Part shown: piece after piece, positions 56,463 to 64,000 of the stretch
How the letters are laid out: each line of letters begins with the position of its first letter
Position numbering within the stretch: the stretch's first letter is position 1
NCBI GenBank assembly: GCA_951406725.2
Contig: OX597833.1
Span: 68,820,001 to 68,884,000 of the forward strand
Length of the DNA stretch: 64,000 nt
Reading direction: 5' to 3'
Source: Octopus vulgaris
Lineage: Eukaryota
The notes under the pieces: generated by a model
Told to the model about the DNA's origin: nothing
The model's input: only the letters and a program-made list of their open reading frames with translations
The model's database searches: none
Translations under genes and position numbers: made by a program

Positions 56463-57519
56463 AGCTGTTAATATTTTGCTAAACAACACGTTCAACAACT
56501 ATTCACAGGCTCACAGATATAATTTCCTTCCTCATCCTGCATCTACAAAAGTGATTTTTCTGGTGTTTGATATTCTCTTTTACACGAGAGAAACGGATAG
56601 ATTTAAGTGACAGACGCTTAATATCTGATGTGTATCTCATGCTAGGTTTCGAAGTAAACATTTTACCCAATCACGCGTACCTCAGCGGTTCCTTGGCATT
56701 ATGTCTTCGTATGAATTAATCTTTTTCAAACGTCCCTTACCGGACTTTAGCAACTCACAATGAACTACTTAACGTTGGAGACACTTTGAGAGCCTAAGGA
56801 TGCGATATTTACTTCTTACGTTTCTGTAAAATTTCTCTTTCCTAAGATTGGCTCCAAAACCACAAATCTGAATAAAAGGTAACAGTTTCTTGTAAGATAC
56901 CAAACGGTTCACGGGCGAATTACTTTTATCCTGCTCGGAGTTATGAAAATCAAACTTGATTTCGGTGTAACTAGAATTAGCTAAGGAACGTGACATAACT
57001 GAATACCGCAAGATACTTTGCTTTTTAAACGTTTAACTTATGCACAAGTGACGCAGTTAATACCCACAACGTTAATGCTTGGCTATTACCACAGTTTTTG
57101 AACACCAAAATGCCGAATATGAGAGAGAATTTTCACTTTAGTGGAAGACATTATTAATTTCTTTTTTTTAATAAATGGCTAAGTCAATTTCTGTAAAGGA
57201 TAGAACTATGGAAACAAATGTTTCCATATTGCATTGTATCACGCGCTTTAGGGAAATATTATGTGGACAACTATAAAACAAAGCAGGGCAGTTATTGAAT
57301 ATAGGGAACCCATGAGAGTAAATGTATGACGAATTAGCGCAGCAATCATAATGAAGACAAAAATAATTAGCATTAAAGAAGGCAAAATATTCTTGTCGAA
57401 GATGAAAGAAGGTGAAACCAGAATCTAAAGAAAAGAAATATGATTGTTTATTTCATATTAGATATTTCTTCCACGAGAAGTACATAGAGACAATTAGACT
57501 TGTATCTACATTATATGTT

Positions 57520-57563
<44 letters not shown>

Positions 57564-57903
57564 GCTACAAGTCAAGTTCTCACTCTCTCTCTCTCTCTCT
57601 CTGAGAGAGGGGGGTCTAAACGTGACGTGATTAGAGAATTCACTTTATCGCAGAAAGATTTTTATCAGGTATTCCTTTGAAGTTGTCAAATAATTGAATT
57701 TCAAGAAAATGTTTTTTAAGGCGCATTTGAGTGATCGTCAATAAAGCTGGCTCTGTTACTAATAACACTAGTGGTGTCAGTACCAAGTGTACATCTGATC
57801 CTACGAAATTTCGAAATGTTAGGTGGAGTAAATTAACAACAGTGGGTGTATGAAATAGAAACATGATTAATAGATTCGACTTTTACTGAGGTAAAAATGT
57901 GAG

Positions 57904-57940
<37 letters not shown>

Positions 57941-58059
57941 GTGGTATATAAATATCTAATATTTATAGAAGTGTAGAAATTACCTCATTTTCAGCTCTGC
58001 AACAATGTCCAGCATACTGGACTCTTCTACCTTTCACAAGAAATGATATCTTGTGAAAG

Positions 58060-58168
58060 GTAGTATATGTATATATATGCATATATATCGTGTATATATA
58101 CATATGTATATATAAGTATATATATATTATGCATATATATCGTGTATATATACATATGTATATATAAG

Positions 58169-58218
<50 letters not shown>

Positions 58219-58542
58219 CGTGTATATATACATATGTATATATATATATATTATATATATATACGTGTATATATACATATGTATATATAAGTATATATAT
58301 ATATATCGTGTATATATACATATGTATATATAAGTATATATATATATATATCGTGTATATATACATATGTATATATAAGTATATATATATATATCGTGTA
58401 TATATACATATGTATATATAAGTATATATATATATATTATGTGTATATATACATATATATATCGTATATATATTATATACATATATATATATATCGTATA
58501 TATACATATATATATATCGTATATATACATATGTATATATAA

Positions 58543-58590
<48 letters not shown>

Positions 58591-58680
58591 ATATATATAT
58601 ATGTGTGTATATATATATATATATGTATGTATATATATATATATATAATGTTTATGTGTACATATATGTGTATATATGTG
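58060..58680. repeat. TA-based minisatellite (tcgtgtatatatacatatgtatatataag unit)
   Basis: Unit repeated about 7 times. Confidence 0.95.
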
Positions 58681-59417
58681 CGCAATGATAATCTATAGAT
58701 GCGTATCGTCAAAGATCGGTTATATAAAATGTATTTTGCGTATTTTCCTCGGGCAATTTACTTCTGAACTTACCATATATTCAATAAAATGAAATAGAGA
58801 GACAGACAGACAGACAGAGATATGAGATATTTACTACATAATCCAAAAGTCAAAAGCAAATAAAAAAAAAAAAAAAAAAAAAAAAAAAACTATTGCTACT
58901 GTGATAGAATTTCCACAAAGAAAAGATGTAATTAGATGAAAAGAATGGTTTTATTTAATATTTAACTCGTGCTATTCTTTTTGTTATGATCTTTTTGCCG
59001 AGGGGAGGTGAGTTGTACTAACGTTGCAAGACTAATACCACTCTGTCTGACGGAGACAGAGAGAGAGAGAGAGAGAGACGACAGAGTGGGAGTAATAAAG
59101 ATTGAAAGTGAAAATAAAAGGAAGAGCAAAACAATTACGTTTGTATTGTCTCACAGAAGAAGAAGAAGAAAACATAACCGAAATATTATCATCTTACCCA
59201 ACATCTTACGATTTTTATCAAAACCTTTCGAACTTTACTAAATATTCACTTTTTTAATATATCTGAAAAAAGAAAATAATATTTTTTTATTTGAAAATCA
59301 CGGCCACCACGTCGAAAGACGTCATAGAATCAAACGTTATGCTTCCTCTTAAGGTATATCTACGCATCACATTCTACTTTTATAGTGTCTTGTTTACAAG
59401 ATTCTCTCATATTGCAT

Positions 59418-59644
59418 GCACACACACACGCACGCACACACACACGCACACACACACGCACACACACGCACACACGCACACACACACACTCGCAGACACA
59501 CACACACACACACACGCAGACACACACACACACACACGCACACTCGCAGACACACACACACACACACACGCACACTCGCAGACACACACACACACACACG
59601 CACGCAAAAACACACACACGCACACACACGCACACACACACACG

Positions 59645-59694
<50 letters not shown>

Positions 59695-59710
59695 CACACA
59701 CACACACGCA
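59418..59710. repeat. (CA)n/(CACG)n microsatellite
   Basis: Directly visible. Confidence 0.98.
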
Positions 59711-59772
59711 CTTGTTGATCACATACAGTTCGTATTTTGGCATGCCAAAATTAATTTAAAAAAAAGAAAGAT

Positions 59773-59878
59773 AGGCGCAGGAGTGGCTGTGTGGTAAGTA
59801 GCTTGCTAACCAACTACATGGTACCGGGTTCAGTCCCACTGTGTGGCATCTTGGGCAAGTGTATTCTACTATAGCCCC
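59773..59878 (+). mobile_element. SINE family B head only (3'-truncated)
   Basis: aggcgcaggagtggctgtgtggtaag...gggttcagtccc...ctatagcccc, abutting a LINE fragment. Confidence 0.9.
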
Positions 59879-59881
59879 ATA

Positions 59882-60120
59882 TTTAAACGCAATATGCTTG
59901 TTGTTCCAAGTAACGCCGATTTTTGCAATACACCTAGATAGTAGAGTATTTCGAAACTTTCATCATGTTTCATCATGATGGGTGGTATTGGGTCCAATGC
60001 TTCGATGACAATAGGGACAATCTTTATATTTGAAGCTCGTAGCTGCCACAACATAACGATCTCATATCAACTGACCTCTTGCGTTTACGAGCATGATGCA
60101 TATTTTGACCAGTAAAAGGA
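59882..60120 (-). mobile_element. R4/Dong-clade LINE C-terminal fragment
   Basis: LWQLRASNIKIVPIVIEALDPIP...LGVLQKSALLGTTSILR. Confidence 0.8.
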
Positions 60121-60159
60121 CTACGATTGGGGAGAGGCTGGTTTTATTATTATTATTGC

Positions 60160-60360
60160 ACTTACTGTGATCGGGCAAAGTCGTTAGCAGGCTGCAAATC
60201 ATGTTACATCTCATCACATTCGTCTTCCCATTCTGAGATCGAATTCCGCCGTGGTCGATTTTGCTTTTCATCCATTCGCGGTCGATAAATTAAGTACCAG
60301 TGGAACACTGGTGGTCGATGTAATCGACTAGTTACCCTCCTCCAAATTTCAGGCTTTATT
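60160..60360 (+). mobile_element. Degenerate SINE family A
   Basis: gaattccgccgtggtcgattttgcttttcatcc...gtcgataaattaagtaccag. Confidence 0.8.
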
Positions 60361-60429
60361 ATTGTTTTTTCTTATCATCATCATTCATATTCACACAACA
60401 GATTAGACTGTTGGAAAAGAAAAGAATCT

Positions 60430-60783
60430 GACCTTCAGACCACAAGTGGTCTTAGATGCTAAGAACTCTCATATTGGGTTACAGCAAATAACCCTAAAAT
60501 ACCAAGAATTATCCTAAGTCTCCTAGCGGTCCCTAATAACACTGTTTTCTGCAGCTGCATTAAACGGTTTTTTAATACCTATTTTCTCTATTCATCTGCT
60601 CAGAACCTTAGAGATTGTTCCCAATGCACCTAAAACTGCTGGGTTACATTTTAACTGCACTTCCCATAGTCTCTGTAATTCAATGGTTAGGTCCTGGTAC
60701 TTTACTAGTTGTGCTATACTTCACATTTTTCTATCATTTGGAACTGTAAAGTCAATTATCTGACATTATCTACTCTCTTTATC
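60430..60783 (-). mobile_element. R4/Dong-clade LINE endonuclease domain and C-terminus
   Basis: CQIIDFTVPND...KYQDLTIELQRLWEVQLKCNPAVLGALGTISK...LQKTVLLGTARRLRIILG. Confidence 0.85.
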
Positions 60784-60860
60784 TGTTGCTGCTACTACTA
60801 CTACTACCACCACCACCACCAAATCAGACCATCTAGCTTCTATTACTCTGTTAGTCTGAA

Positions 60861-61025
60861 TGTCGTCGTCATCGTCATCATCGTCGTCATCATCATCGTC
60901 GTCGTCATCATCATCGTCGTCATCATCATCGTCGTCATCATCATCGTCGTCATCATCATCGTCGTCATCATCATCGTCGTCATCATCGTCGTCGTCATCG
61001 TCATCATCATCATTATTATTATTAT
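60861..61025. repeat. (TCA)n/(TCG)n compound microsatellite
   Basis: Directly visible. Confidence 0.97.
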
Positions 61026-61396
61026 ACTATGACGGTATCAACGTTGTACAATTCTCATGGTGTTTGATAAATTGTTGGACGACATTTATTTCGGCTTTTT
61101 TACGATCTGAATTCAAATAACTTAAAGATAAATTTTGGTCTTCATTCTTTTCGGTTCAATAATACAAGTACGAGTCAAATAGTGGGGACGATGTAATCTA
61201 CTGACTCCTTTCCCCCTGATATATATATATGGCCTGCTTCCCAGATTAGAAAGTATATTTTCCTTCATCATCATTTTTATCAATAGTTAGTAGTGTGATG
61301 AAGATGGTGGTTGGTGTGAATGCTTAGTCATTTGCCTTGGGTTGGGTAATCTTGTTTGCAGCAGTAGTAGTGGCATCGATGTCGGTCGTCATCGTT

Positions 61397-61432
<36 letters not shown>

Positions 61433-61879
61433 TTTTCCATCCTCGTTACCGTGCGATTCTATACATTTGCTTTTGTTGTAATTTATTTCAATGAAATTAA
61501 ATTACACGACGCACGGTGAAGTATTTTACGACTGAATCTCAGAACGAAGAACTGATTAAAGGAAGCAACGGTAGATAGATGACTCACCACATACGAGCGA
61601 GATGAAGAATTGATGTGAAGATGTTTAAAGTGTTTTCCATCAATTTTATGTTATGCCTTTTTAAGAATTAATGACATATACCTTGTGACACCAAATTCAT
61701 ACAAAAGTACGCTTCACCTGTCGTAATTTCAGACGCCATTTTTTCAAACGTATTCCGCTGTTAAATTAAGTTGTTTAATAACATGTGAGGAAATGTTGAT
61801 ATTAAAAACAATCACGTTATAGTTTCGACTGAATATTATTCAAGACAGTGCCCCAGTATGGTCGCAATCAAATGACAGA

Positions 61880-61913
<34 letters not shown>

Positions 61914-61916
<3 letters not shown>

Positions 61917-62206
61917 CGTGATCACATGAACGACCAGACCATCACATGTTGCTACATATCGCTGGTCACAATGCGCTTCACATTGTTTTAGCCTTCGAAT
62001 GACGCCACCCCGCTGGCTAAGCGAGCAGGCCAACAGAAGAAATAGTGAGAGAAAGAGTACAGCAGGGATCACCACCACCCTGCCGGAGCCTCGTGAAGCT
62101 TTTAGGTATTTTCGCTCAATAAACACACACAACGCCCGGTCAGGGAATCGAAACCGCGATCCTACGACCGCGAGTCCGATACACTAACCACTGGGCCATT
62201 GCGCCT
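61914..62206 (-). mobile_element. tRNA-derived SINE (head D plus alternative tail E)
   Basis: Minus strand aggcgcaatggcccagtggttag (A box)...ggtttcgattccc (B box). Head shared with 18273-18625 but tail unrelated. Confidence 0.88.
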
Positions 62207-62311
<105 letters not shown>

Positions 62312-62934
62312 GCAGAATTTGAACTTTCAAACCTAGTTTATTCCCAGTTAGCTTATTCATAATAATTGTCCGACAAGTGTTTCGATCCTACTAACTGCAT
62401 ATCGTTGCATATTTATATGCAACGATTTATGTATTATTAGTACTATCTCTTCAGGGTATATATGTCCTTTTTTAAAGAAGAATTTTCCTCCCTTATTAGT
62501 TTGAATTATGACCTTTCACCGATGAGCTGTTTTTCTCAACTGATTACTTGGGTTACATTCAGCAGCTGTAGTATTTGTTTTTTTACCTTTTTTCCCCTTT
62601 ACAAAGCCACTGTGTACGATGATTAACATTTCAATAGAAGATACATTTTTCGTCACCAGTCTCAAGTCTATCCAAAAAGGGGGAAATGAGTTCGCGAGAA
62701 TGGAGAGAAAAGCAAATGTCAACTCGGGATTATCCTCGACCAATCAACAAATTTTCCAAAACAGATATTAATTAGAGCCATGTTCATTTTACAGGAACAA
62801 GGCAATTTTTGAATTCCAATTAAAAAGAAGACAGTTGCAGCCAATCTCCAGGTATTTTATTCTTAGCTTTTGAAAATGAGAGAAATCTGAAAACGGTTAA
62901 GTCTTTAATATAATTTAAAATAAACTTTGAATTA

Positions 62935-63120
62935 TGTGTGTGTTTGTGTGTGTGTGAGGGTGTATGTGTGCGTGTGTGTGTCACGCACCACCGCTTGAAA
63001 ACAGTGTTCTTATGAATCAACGGATCATCATAAAGAACTGACAGATTACTTACCAGGTTTTAAAAATCATAAGTGCGGGCGGGTGGCGATTCATTCGGCT
63101 AAGCAGTTCTGCAGGGTACC
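62935..63120 (+). mobile_element. Decayed 3' half of SINE family B
   Basis: (TG)n followed by caccgcttgaaaacagtgt...taccagg...cgattcattcggctaa. Confidence 0.5.
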
Positions 63121-63944
63121 TAATCTTATTTACAGCGCCGAGTCGACCCATTCTTTTTGAATGTAACTGAGCATGTAGAGATTTGAAGGAACTCAAAACT
63201 ACAGCTTGATTAAGACGGAAATATATTGAGTCTTCTCCAGCAATTATTTTAAGAGTGCACGTGACTTTGTAATCTTTAGTCAAAAACTAGTTTTGTCGAG
63301 GACGATATTTTTTAAAGTTAAACGCAGAATACACACTCTAGAAACCGATGTGGATCCACTTCAAAATACTTTTTTTCTTACTAATAAGATTGTAAACAAT
63401 TTATATTATATTTGTATCGTGTGTGAAAATCATAATGAAAATAATCGGTACGTTTATTGGTTAACAACACCAGATTCACATCCGATCCCCTGACATTTCC
63501 ATCGATTATATCTCTGGCTAGCTTTAATATATTTTGACCATATTGAGGAGACTTTTGATCTCGCCTTCATGGTCAAGACATGCAATAAATATTTTTACCA
63601 CACCATTTTGTAAATTAGTTTCCACATACCATAAATCTATTTTTTATTATATTTTCCTGCGTTTATTGATTTTTACTTATCACTATTCATTTCATATTAA
63701 GTGTTTTTAGTATTGCAGTAATGGAGAAACAATATATTATTTTGAAGATATTTGGGAATCAATTTTTATTACCATTGCTCTATCCTTAACTAGATGATAT
63801 TGCTGTCCTTCTATAGGTATACACAGACACAGTTACATCCATATAATACATATTCACCCATTAGAGTCACACATGCAATATATATATATATATAAAAAAA
63901 AAATCAGTGTAGATTATGCTAAAATAATTTTATAAAAAACATTT

Positions 63945-63980
63945 CAGTACCGGTTTCGATCACTGAGACTTTTTAAACTC
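63945..63980 (-). ncRNA. Degenerate Penelope-type hammerhead motif
   Basis: Minus strand ...aaaagtc(tcagt)gatc-GAAACCGGUA-cug with palindromic stem III. The 5' core is decayed. Confidence 0.35.
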
Positions 63981-64000
63981 TAAGTATGGAAAACAATTGA

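Noticed and set aside
60860-61120. Poly-Ser ORF, and poly-Tyr/Cys/Leu ORFs at 12520-13011
   Set aside because: Trinucleotide microsatellites without splice or coding context.

Overview
AT-rich eukaryotic DNA dominated by (TA)n, (ATT)n and (CA)n microsatellites and decayed retroelements. The SINE repertoire suggests an octopod cephalopod (Octopus); this is an inference from recognised repeat families, not a database result. Almost every ORF in the supplied track is a microsatellite artefact. Real content: (1) The 3' end of a + strand host gene missed by the ORF track: two 60-nt phase-1 exons (21710-21769, 34217-34276) and a terminal exon (37707-37825) that splice in frame to a Ser/Thr/Pro-rich stalk with a GPI-anchor-like hydrophobic C-terminus. 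(2) Many copies of at least three tRNA-derived SINE families, with module swapping and a recurrent dimer junction. (3) Fragments of CR1-group, RTE and R4/Dong LINEs and a Tc1/mariner transposase. (4) Several unrelated short elements carrying Penelope-type minimal hammerhead ribozyme motifs. The most notable feature is at 22906-23290: a tRNA-headed element whose tail is a hammerhead-bearing Penelope-like terminal repeat, preceded by an inverted copy of that tail. It is a candidate Penelope-mobilised ribozyme SINE. All alignments and folds were done by eye and coordinates of decayed repeats are approximate.
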